Below the pieces are notes generated by a model that searched no databases, was not told where the DNA came from, and saw only the letters and a program-made list of their open reading frames with translations. 64,000 nucleotides of DNA from Bacteroidota bacterium (lineage in GTDB: Bacteria; Bacteroidota; Bacteroidia; J057): NCBI GenBank assembly GCA_020438265.1, contig JAGQVA010000001.1, positions 1,741-65,740 on the forward strand, read 5' to 3'. The first letter of the stretch is position 1, and each line of letters begins with the position of its first letter. Of this stretch, positions 40,109-48,410 are shown piece after piece. A program made the position numbers and the translations under genes.

Positions 40109-40750
40109 TTAATTTGGGATTTTTAGCTTATAAATGACAGGCAGATTTCGGCCCATAAAACCCTGCATTCGATCCAGACCTATTATATTTACAAATGACC
40201 TTGTTGCTTCTCCTATCGCCTGGATCAAAAGAAGGACAAAACCCAGAGTTATGGCCCCTTTAATGATATATCTTGCAGGCAGGCCTCCAGGGTCTGCGGA
40301 AGATTCATTGATCAGGTAGGAATTATATGTAAAATCATAGGAGGTTTTTATGATAATCAGGCAAAGGGGAATCAGAAACACAATTGATCCTGTAAAATTG
40401 ATGATCGCCTGGGTCTTTGGGGAAAATTTCGCGTAGAAAACATCCACCCTTACATGAGCATCATGTTTGAGGGTATAAGCGGCTCCAATTAAGAAAATCA
40501 ATGCAAATAAATGCCATTCAAGTTCGACTATCCATACGCTCGTATTTTTGAAGATATACCGCATAAATACATCGTAACACATAATGAGTACTAATATGGA
40601 AGTAAGCCAGGCAATAAACCTTCCACTATATTCATTGACGAAACTTCCCAGACGAGTAAGGATAATTAATATGAGAAAAAGGCCCGCCAGTACTCTGGCC
40701 AGGACCTTTTTCCATAGAATTTTTAGAAAATTTCCTGAAGAATTACTCAT
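40109..40750 (-). CDS. dctQ: TRAP transporter small permease subunit
   Basis: 213 aa, four hydrophobic helices, in the position and with the size typical of DctQ upstream of DctM. Confidence 0.7.
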   Translation of the reverse strand: MSNSSGNFLKILWKKVLARVLAGLFLILIILTRLGSFVNEYSGRFIAWLTSILVLIMCYDVFMRYIFKNTSVWIVELEWHLFALIFLIGAAYTLKHDAHVRVDVFYAKFSPKTQAIINFTGSIVFLIPLCLIIIKTSYDFTYNSYLINESSADPGGLPARYIIKGAITLGFVLLLIQAIGEATRSFVNIIGLDRMQGFMGRNLPVIYKLKIPN

Positions 40751-40778
40751 CAGTCTGTTATAGTAGTAGTAATCAGGT

Positions 40779-42824
40779 TTATTGATTTAATTCGCTAAGG
40801 CGATTTATAGCATCAAGATAGTTTTGATCCGCAGCTTTGGTCAGAGACTGAATAGCTGTTACGGAATCACGGGGATATTGTCTCAGCAACAAAATATGCC
40901 CATATAAATACTGACCCGCAGCCCAACCTTTTAAAGCAGAAATCTGAGCATATTTAAGCGCTTTTGTTTCATCTTTATCTACTCCCAGGCCTGAATGATA
41001 CATAAAGGCAAGCATATAAGCTCCCGGGCCATCGAGGTTAGGCATGGCATTTTCAAGGTTGTCTGCACTTGTTCTGTATTCGTATCCCGATTCACTGCTC
41101 CTGGCTTTGACAAACAATCTTTTACCTGTAGCGAGGTATTTCTCCAGTTCTGCTGCTTTTTCAGGGCTTTGTGTCGGTTGAGTCAAACCTGTTCTGCGAG
41201 TAGCCTCAGGCTGAGAGGCTGTCTCGGTTTTTGTTTCATTCAGAGATCTGGTTTTTGTTGTTGTCGTGTTGTCTGTATTCGCTTCCCTTTTGTTTGTATT
41301 ATCAGTATTTTGGGCTATTTGGTTCTCTGTTGGAGAGGTAGTGCTTTCTGACTTTTTTGGATCTTCATTTTCTGTTGCCAACGTCGTTTTTTCTCCCTCC
41401 GTCTTTTCTTCCATAGCTTTACTCAGCAGTTCGGTACATTCATTTTTTCTGGTTTGAGCCCGATCAAACTGTTCTTTATCTGCGAGTGTTATTTCAGGGC
41501 TTTCCAGAATCTTAAAGGCTTTATTATATAAATTTACTGCGAGGTTACAATCCTGACTTTCTCCTTCATACATCTGATCTCCCAGGTGAATATAGGCAGT
41601 TGCGATGCGATCCTGAGGGATTTCCGGTAGTTTATCTCCATCTCTTTCCTTGACTCTCTCTGCCCGGCGGTAGTTGCGAATTGCATCCCTGAAATTTCCA
41701 CGATCATAATAATCATTGCCTTTTTCATAATAAAATTCGGCAGTTTCAATCAGTAGTTCGATAGGTTCGTCTTCATCAAATGACTGATCTCTTCTTGCAA
41801 TAGTCTCTGTTTTTCTTTTATTGGCAATTTCCTTTTTTTGTTGATCATCTGTTGCTACGAATGCGCTATCGAATTGGGAGATAGCAAGTCGATATTTTTT
41901 CATCTCAAGGTTTTGATCCCCTCTGGCCATGAGGTTATCATAAAGACTTGGGCGGGTAGCTGTCCACCATGCAAATGCAATCAAACACAAAATGATGAGC
42001 ACAAAAGCGCCATAAACCAGGTTTTTCAACATTTTTGGCCCACGGTCATCATCTGTATCCTCTTCAGAATCGTCAGCTTCGTTGATATTGGGATTTATCG
42101 TTCCTGCGGTTGCAGCCCCTCCAGTAGGAGAACCGACATTCTTAATTTGGATAAGATAACAACTGTAATTATCCTGGGTGAAACTTTGACTAAGGTTGTG
42201 GATTTCATTAACCAGTAGTTTCGGTTCCGGATTTTGATCATTAATAAAAATTGTTTCCAGTGTATTCTGATCCACTTGTTCGAGGATGCCATCCGTTGCA
42301 AGAAAGAAATAATCTGCCGGGCGAATGGTATCAACCGGAATTGCATGCATATTCAGATTCGCAGGAGTTTCGCTTCCCCGGATCAGAATATCGTTATTAC
42401 CGTGATAGGATTTTAAGGATTTGGTTACACTTTCGTAATGGAATATATAACTGTTTCCAACCCAGGCGAGAGTAACCTGATTTTCTCCAAAATGTACCAA
42501 AGAAAGAGTTGTTGCCATTTCCGAACTCTCAGGATGAGCTTCTTTATATGCTGAAATGGCTTGTTCTGAGGTAGAAAGCGCTTTTTTGAGATAATCCAGA
42601 TTAATATTTCCTGAAGGGGGAGTGCTGGCAAAAAATTTTGCAAAACTAAGAGCTACTAATTTTGAGGCAACTTCCCCTGCATTAGGCCCTCCTTCTCCAT
42701 CTGCAATAATAAATAGTTTTTCTTCTACGTTGGCTTGTCCCTGAAGAGGAAAAATAAAATCCTCATTCACTTCCTTCCCACCCGCTTCGTGCAAGGCTAC
42801 TGGTTGTTTGATGCTTATTTTCAT
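40779..42824 (-). CDS. PP2C-like phosphatase domain / TM helix / TPR / low-complexity T,N,E-rich linker / Sel1-repeat protein
   Basis: 681 aa. N-terminal PPM-like motifs (NEDFIF, LFIIADGEGG, VGNSYIFHY, FFLATDGILE). TM helix LVYGAFVLIILCLIAFAWW. TPR-like segment (YYEKGNDYYDRGNFRDAIRNYRRA). C-terminal Sel1-like AYMLAFMYHSGLGVDKDETKALKY. Confidence 0.7.
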   Translation of the reverse strand: MKISIKQPVALHEAGGKEVNEDFIFPLQGQANVEEKLFIIADGEGGPNAGEVASKLVALSFAKFFASTPPSGNINLDYLKKALSTSEQAISAYKEAHPESSEMATTLSLVHFGENQVTLAWVGNSYIFHYESVTKSLKSYHGNNDILIRGSETPANLNMHAIPVDTIRPADYFFLATDGILEQVDQNTLETIFINDQNPEPKLLVNEIHNLSQSFTQDNYSCYLIQIKNVGSPTGGAATAGTINPNINEADDSEEDTDDDRGPKMLKNLVYGAFVLIILCLIAFAWWTATRPSLYDNLMARGDQNLEMKKYRLAISQFDSAFVATDDQQKKEIANKRKTETIARRDQSFDEDEPIELLIETAEFYYEKGNDYYDRGNFRDAIRNYRRAERVKERDGDKLPEIPQDRIATAYIHLGDQMYEGESQDCNLAVNLYNKAFKILESPEITLADKEQFDRAQTRKNECTELLSKAMEEKTEGEKTTLATENEDPKKSESTTSPTENQIAQNTDNTNKREANTDNTTTTKTRSLNETKTETASQPEATRRTGLTQPTQSPEKAAELEKYLATGKRLFVKARSSESGYEYRTSADNLENAMPNLDGPGAYMLAFMYHSGLGVDKDETKALKYAQISALKGWAAGQYLYGHILLLRQYPRDSVTAIQSLTKAADQNYLDAINRLSELNQ

Positions 42825-42910
42825 GCCTAAATATAGTTCTAAAACCTAAATATTCATCAATTACATGAGAATTTCAAAGATTTTAGGAAGAATTTGGGAT
42901 TTAGCCATGA

Positions 42911-42989
42911 GCTTTTGACTATTGGCTTTTAGCCTTTGACCTTTGGGCTGGATTCATTTGCCAATAGCCAAAAGCTAACAGCCAATAGC
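42911..42989. repeat. Second copy of the heptamer-built palindromic element
   Basis: Right arm is CCAATAG CCAAAAG CTAACAG CCAATAG. Left arm is ACTATTGGCTTTTAGCCTTTGAC. It shares words with 15898-15987 and ends 5 nt from the stop codon of the 63-aa ORF. Confidence 0.8.
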
Positions 42990-42994
42990 ACTGC

Positions 42995-43186
42995 TTAAGG
43001 AAGATCTGGAATAGATTTGATTTTGTTGCGAAAAAAGGTAACTGCCTGGCTGGTTGCCAGGTGGTTTTTCAGGTTGGGAAACTCATTCAGAATAAGCTGA
43101 ACTTCCGTTTCGTTTAGGGCTCTTCTTTTTCCATTAAAATTGTTGTGGATTGCCCACATCCCTGCGTTTTTTCTTATATAGTACAT
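42995..43186 (-). CDS. Small hypothetical protein (63 aa)
   Basis: ATG-initiated ORF in an otherwise ORF-free AT-rich region. No motif recognised. Confidence 0.35.
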   Translation of the reverse strand: MYYIRKNAGMWAIHNNFNGKRRALNETEVQLILNEFPNLKNHLATSQAVTFFRNKIKSIPDLP

Positions 43187-43725
43187 GCCTTAATTAAATT
43201 ATCAAACCAATAAACGGCATTCCGAAAAAAATGTATATACGTTCAATCTACTATTTCTTACCTGTCTATCTCTATAACTCTGAACGAATGGTAATACTTT
43301 CGGGATGAACGGTTATTTTCCGATTCATTTTATTCTTATCAAAATCAACGCCAGTTTTTTCCATTTCAAGGATTCGTAATTTTAATAGCAAGAATTGTTT
43401 TTAAGTTAAACATTTGATTAGTAAATGTTTATATTCTTTTAAGATAATTTATGAATCATGGTTTATTCCCAGGATTAATAATCTATTGATAAAACTAACT
43501 TTGTGGATTTTATGCAAATGATATAGATTCAGGGTGAGAGGATGATGTAAGATTTTATTGCAAAAGATACGATTTTGTCATTTTTGCCGGTTGTAAGCAA
43601 TGAAAACGTCAGCCTGAATTTCCCGATTTGATTTTGCCGTTTTTGTAATAATTATTAAAGGTTTTTGTCTGTTTTGTGTTAAATGTAGATGCAACCTGCG
43701 TGCTTTTTTTCCCGTTATTAATAGT

Positions 43726-44112
43726 ATGGATTATAAAATGAGACGAAAACTTGTAGATTTAGCCAGAATAAAAGGCGCAAAAATTTCTTATCAGGCACTC
43801 AGCGACGAATTCCAGCTTCAACTAAATATGAAGACCAAAAAGGACAGATTGCTTATTGCCAGTATGTTGCAGGAAATCTCTTCGTTTGAATATGAAAGTG
43901 GAAGGCCTCTGCTAAGTTCTCTGGTGCTTACCAAAGGAAAAAGAGGAAAACAAACCGACGAATTTTATAAGTATTGTGAAGAATTGGGATTGGGAGACTG
44001 GCAGGATTTAAAGTCAGACCCTGATTTTGAAGCCAAATTGCGGAAGGCTTGTTACGATTACTGGCGGGATGATTCCAATTACAAGTCTTACAAGTATGTC
44101 CATGACAACTGA
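43726..44112 (+). CDS. Hypothetical protein (128 aa)
   Basis: ATG-initiated ORF with balanced, charged, globular-looking composition. No motif recognised. Confidence 0.5.
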   Translation: MDYKMRRKLVDLARIKGAKISYQALSDEFQLQLNMKTKKDRLLIASMLQEISSFEYESGRPLLSSLVLTKGKRGKQTDEFYKYCEELGLGDWQDLKSDPDFEAKLRKACYDYWRDDSNYKSYKYVHDN

Positions 44113-44507
44113 CTGACTATAAACAGATGATTACCAATTAAAATACGATTGTTTCAGGATCAATTTCAGAGACAACTCAATATAAATAGCGAATTTGACG
44201 AATCGGTATAGATGCAAATCTTCACCGATTTTCTTTTTATATTCAAATGTTTTTCAGGTAATATCCTCTATTTCCTTTCGGAAAAGGCATAGGATTTGAT
44301 TGGTGATAGGTCAATCAGGTTAAGGGAATATAAATATTTTGGCTTGAGCAATTATTTAAAAATGGGGAGAATGCTTATCCCGTCATCATTCTTACAATTG
44401 GTGATCTAATTTTTACAGTTAAAGTATTTATTGTATATTTTATGTTAAGTCAATATTAACTTGCCTGAGGTTTGCTGAGAATAAATTATCTTTTAGGAAT
44501 TGAATGA

Positions 44508-47500
44508 ATGGTTAGATCAAAATCCCCCGAAAAAGGGGAAAAAAACTACGAAGATTTAATATCTATACCAGAGCCCTGCCGACGAGAAAAAATAACCATG
44601 CGTGTATTAATCACCATTGGTTTGATCGAACTTTTAATTTTTTCTATATGGTTTTTCGATCCCAGCCATATAGGATATTTACCCCTTTACATACTTCTAA
44701 GTATTAGCATTGGTTTTAGGTTTCTTAAAACGCTGCATGAATGGTACCACTACGGTGGAATTAGTGTGCCTCCCCCAAAGGAAATTACCCGTGAATGGTC
44801 AGTAGACATGTTAACGACGGCCTGTCCAGGAGAACCCATAGACATGATCCGGAAGACACTGGAGGCAATGGTTAAGGTTGAATACCCCCATACGAATTAT
44901 TTATGTGATGAAGGAAATGATCCGGTTCTTAAAAAAATCTGTGAAGATTTGGGGGTTATTCATGTGTATCGTGGAACCAATAAAACCAATGCAAAGGCTG
45001 GAAATATCAATTATGCGCTAGACAATATCGCAACCGGAGAGATTAGTGTCATTCTTGACCCTGACCATATTCCTCATCCTCTTTTCCTCCATGAAGTCTT
45101 ACCTTATTTTGATGAGGAAAAGGTAGGGTTTGTCCAGTGTATTCAGGCATATCATAACCGCAGGGAGAGTATGGTATCTCGTGGTGCCTCCGAGCAGACT
45201 TACCATTTTTATGGCCCAATGATGATGTCAATGAATTCTTATGGGACAGTACAGGCAATTGGGGCCAATTGTGCCTTCAGACGTGCTGCTCTGGATTCAA
45301 TTGGTGGACATGCACCAGGGCTTTCAGAAGATATGCATACTTCTATGCTCCTCCATTCAAAGGGGTGGGAGTCCGTCTATGTACCTGTCGCTTTGACAAG
45401 AGGAGAAGTCCCTGGTACAATGGCTTCTTACTACAAGCAACAATTAAAATGGTCCCGGGGATCACTGGAATTATTGTTTTTTGTAATCCCCAGGATATTT
45501 AAATCCCTGACCTGGAGACAAAGAATTCATTATTTGAGTATTCCGCTGCATTTTATGTTCGGACTCGTTGTCCTGATGGATTTACTGATTCCTATTTTCG
45601 CTTTATTCCTGGCGGAATCTCCTATTATCGTTAATCTTTTTGACCTTCTTTTATATGCGACTCCCCTGATCATAACCACATTATTAATCCGGCAATATGC
45701 TCAAAACTGGGTATTGGAGCAGCAGGAACGAGGGTTTCACATGATTGGAGGAATATTACTAACAGGTACATGGTGGGTCCATGTAGTGGGATTTGTATGT
45801 ACCCTTTTGCGAATCAATATCCCCTATATTCCTACTCCTAAACAGGATAAAGCTCAAAACGCGTGGAGCCTGTCTATTCCAAATATATTGGCGGTGGTCA
45901 TCTCTTTAGCGGCAATATTATATGGATTGAGCTATGACTGGAGCCCATATAGTGTTATGATGGCCGGGTTTGCGATGACCAATATGATGATTCTTGGTTT
46001 CACTGTGATGATGGGCCAACAAAAATTATTGCATCGTATCTCACGGTTTATCCGTGCCCGTGGCAAATTTATGCATTGGTTAAGGGATGGTTTTTATAAC
46101 TTCAAACATCGGGGGATCTTTAGTCCTCTGCGGAATGTTGCTGTAATCGGTATTACGCTATTCATCATCATTGCGGGAAGTTATGCCTGGAAAAACCGCT
46201 ACCGTGGGTTAAAACTGGCCGAGCTCAAACCACAGATCGAAAAACCTTCAGAAGGATTTTATTTGGGAGTGCCTTTAAGTGAAAAAAGAAAAAGTCAGCC
46301 TTATAAGGCCAATCGTGCAGACTTATTAATGTCCACTGTAAAATGGCAGGATACCCTGGCTTTGAATCAGACAATCGATTTAATGCAAAGATTGGCAATT
46401 GCCGATTCCAGAAGTCAGGTATTGATCAATTGGCTTCCGGATACCAACAGAGTAGAGAAGAATCCTTTTGAAGCAATAGCTTCCGGAGAATACGATAAGT
46501 ATTTGAATGAAGTGGCCAGAAGTTTTCAACATTTTGATCAAACGGTATTTGTCAATTTTGCTCCGGAAGTAGGAAATCCGGAAAAACCTTACGCGTTGCC
46601 GTCGGGTGAATATACCTTTGCGTATCAAAACGCCTGGAAACACGTTTTCCATACCTTTGCGGATTTAGGAGTAGCCAATGTCGTTTGGGTCTGGACTCCT
46701 TATTCGATAGAAAGCACAAATTTCTTTTACCCGGGATCTGAATATGTAGACTGGGTAGGAATTCCTTACAGAGGAGAATTCCATAAAGATGAATTCGCTC
46801 GGGCTTATGGTGCATTCAGTGATATTTTTTCCCCTTTTCCTACCCTGGTTTTTGACCAGTCAGAGGGAAAATGTCAGGATCTTCATGCGTGTTCGCGTGA
46901 GTTGGGAGTATTAATGAGAGATTCGTTCCCGGAAATTCAGGGTTGGGTATTGGATAATGAATTGGAAAATGGAGACTTTGCAGCGCAATGGCAGGCACTT
47001 ACCCGTGAAATGAATAAGTTTCGCGCTTTTTCTCCACCCCCTTTTATACCGGAAAAAAAGAAGAATCCCTCATTATTAGCCAATGGAGCAATAATTGATC
47101 CTTCCCTGATTAGCCCTGTACATCAAAAAATGCCAAAACCTGGTCAGGTTATTTTAGAAAAGGAGGGAAATGAATATTATCTTCAGGTTGATGGTAAACC
47201 TTTCTATATTAAAGGAATTACCTATAATCCCGGGCATGATTGGCGAGATGCTTATTCTCCATTAGTCAGAAAACAATTGGAAACAGACTTCAAACGTATG
47301 GCTGATATGGGAGCAAATGTGGTGCGAAGATATAAACCCACTTTTTATGACTATAATATTCTGAATGTAGCCAGAGAGAATGATTTAAAGGTATTGTATG
47401 GATTTTATTTTGATCCCGAAATCGACTACTATGCTGATACTGCCAGGGTCAACGATACCAAAAAGCGGGTGCTGCATCGAATTGAGTCTATGCGGGGAGA

Positions 47501-48395
47501 AACTACCATCCTCGCATGGGGATTGGGCAACGAAACCTGGGGTTTATTAAAACACCACTTCAGACCTAGTTATCTGCCAAGGGTAAGAAAGGCTTATTTG
47601 AATATGTTGGAGGATTTGGCAAAGGATATTAAAAAAATTGATCCTGACCACCTGATTTTCTCTGCCCTGGAGCATAGTGAAGACCTTCAGGTAGGATTGA
47701 CTTCCTTTCATAGCAAGGTACCTGGTCTGGACTTCATTAGTATTAATAGTTATTATACTCCCCGAATCAGTACATTAGATTCTATTGCCAGCCGTTATTA
47801 TCCCAATCAGCCTTACCTGGTATCAGAATTTGGACCAGCGGGATATTGGGCACCTGAATACACAGTTACTGACGGAAGAGAACAACTGGTAGAATCTTCA
47901 TCCTATCAGAAAGCCAGAGAATATATTGACAACTGGCAAAATTATATTTCCCCTTATGAAGGCAAAAACCTGGGGGGAGTGGCTTTTTGCTGGCGGGATC
48001 GATTCGAAGGTACTGCAACCTGGTTTGGAATTACAGACATAAATAACCGAATTAAACCGGGGTATTATGCCCTAAAAGAAGCCTGGACGGGTGAAAAAGT
48101 ACCTTTCCCTATCGCAGATGCTTATATTATTCCACCGTGGGAAGTCTCTAATTATCGCCTTAGTAAGGTGGTAACCAAGGATTATAAACGCCGGGATTTA
48201 CATTACGAATGGTATATTTGCAGGGAGACGATGTTGGAACGGGTGGGTAGTGTAAACTTACAGGACCGGGGACGAGCTGCACTGATTGAGCTACCCGGGG
48301 AAGACTCAGATTACCGGATTTATGTTCACATTAGTGATGAAGAAGGAAATGTCGTCACTGCTTCTACCCCGATTGTTCCCAGAAAAAATAATTAA
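44508..48395 (+). CDS. Processive GT2 (cellulose-synthase-like) membrane glycan synthase fused to a GH26-like module and a clan GH-A TIM-barrel-like module
   Basis: 1295 aa. GT2 motifs DEGND, ILDPDH, SEDMHTS and QQLKWSRG, between 2 N-terminal and about 6 C-terminal hydrophobic helices. GH26-like motifs FAPEVGN, YQNAWKHVFHTFADLGVANVVWVWTPY and FYPGSEYVDWVGI. GH-A-like motifs ILAWGLGNETW and PYLVSEFGPAGYW. Confidence 0.8.
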   Translation: MVRSKSPEKGEKNYEDLISIPEPCRREKITMRVLITIGLIELLIFSIWFFDPSHIGYLPLYILLSISIGFRFLKTLHEWYHYGGISVPPPKEITREWSVDMLTTACPGEPIDMIRKTLEAMVKVEYPHTNYLCDEGNDPVLKKICEDLGVIHVYRGTNKTNAKAGNINYALDNIATGEISVILDPDHIPHPLFLHEVLPYFDEEKVGFVQCIQAYHNRRESMVSRGASEQTYHFYGPMMMSMNSYGTVQAIGANCAFRRAALDSIGGHAPGLSEDMHTSMLLHSKGWESVYVPVALTRGEVPGTMASYYKQQLKWSRGSLELLFFVIPRIFKSLTWRQRIHYLSIPLHFMFGLVVLMDLLIPIFALFLAESPIIVNLFDLLLYATPLIITTLLIRQYAQNWVLEQQERGFHMIGGILLTGTWWVHVVGFVCTLLRINIPYIPTPKQDKAQNAWSLSIPNILAVVISLAAILYGLSYDWSPYSVMMAGFAMTNMMILGFTVMMGQQKLLHRISRFIRARGKFMHWLRDGFYNFKHRGIFSPLRNVAVIGITLFIIIAGSYAWKNRYRGLKLAELKPQIEKPSEGFYLGVPLSEKRKSQPYKANRADLLMSTVKWQDTLALNQTIDLMQRLAIADSRSQVLINWLPDTNRVEKNPFEAIASGEYDKYLNEVARSFQHFDQTVFVNFAPEVGNPEKPYALPSGEYTFAYQNAWKHVFHTFADLGVANVVWVWTPYSIESTNFFYPGSEYVDWVGIPYRGEFHKDEFARAYGAFSDIFSPFPTLVFDQSEGKCQDLHACSRELGVLMRDSFPEIQGWVLDNELENGDFAAQWQALTREMNKFRAFSPPPFIPEKKKNPSLLANGAIIDPSLISPVHQKMPKPGQVILEKEGNEYYLQVDGKPFYIKGITYNPGHDWRDAYSPLVRKQLETDFKRMADMGANVVRRYKPTFYDYNILNVARENDLKVLYGFYFDPEIDYYADTARVNDTKKRVLHRIESMRGETTILAWGLGNETWGLLKHHFRPSYLPRVRKAYLNMLEDLAKDIKKIDPDHLIFSALEHSEDLQVGLTSFHSKVPGLDFISINSYYTPRISTLDSIASRYYPNQPYLVSEFGPAGYWAPEYTVTDGREQLVESSSYQKAREYIDNWQNYISPYEGKNLGGVAFCWRDRFEGTATWFGITDINNRIKPGYYALKEAWTGEKVPFPIADAYIIPPWEVSNYRLSKVVTKDYKRRDLHYEWYICRETMLERVGSVNLQDRGRAALIELPGEDSDYRIYVHISDEEGNVVTASTPIVPRKNN

Positions 48396-48410
48396 GCCAG
48401 AAGACGAATT

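Noticed and set aside
44113-46200. c-di-GMP control of the synthase (GEMM-type riboswitch in the leader, or a PilZ domain after the TM region as in BcsA)
   Set aside because: By eye I could not find the conserved GEMM-I/II sequence features in 44113-44507. The region after the last TM helix has no RxxxR...D/NxSxxG PilZ signature and leads straight into the GH26-like module. An Infernal or HMM scan would be needed to be sure.
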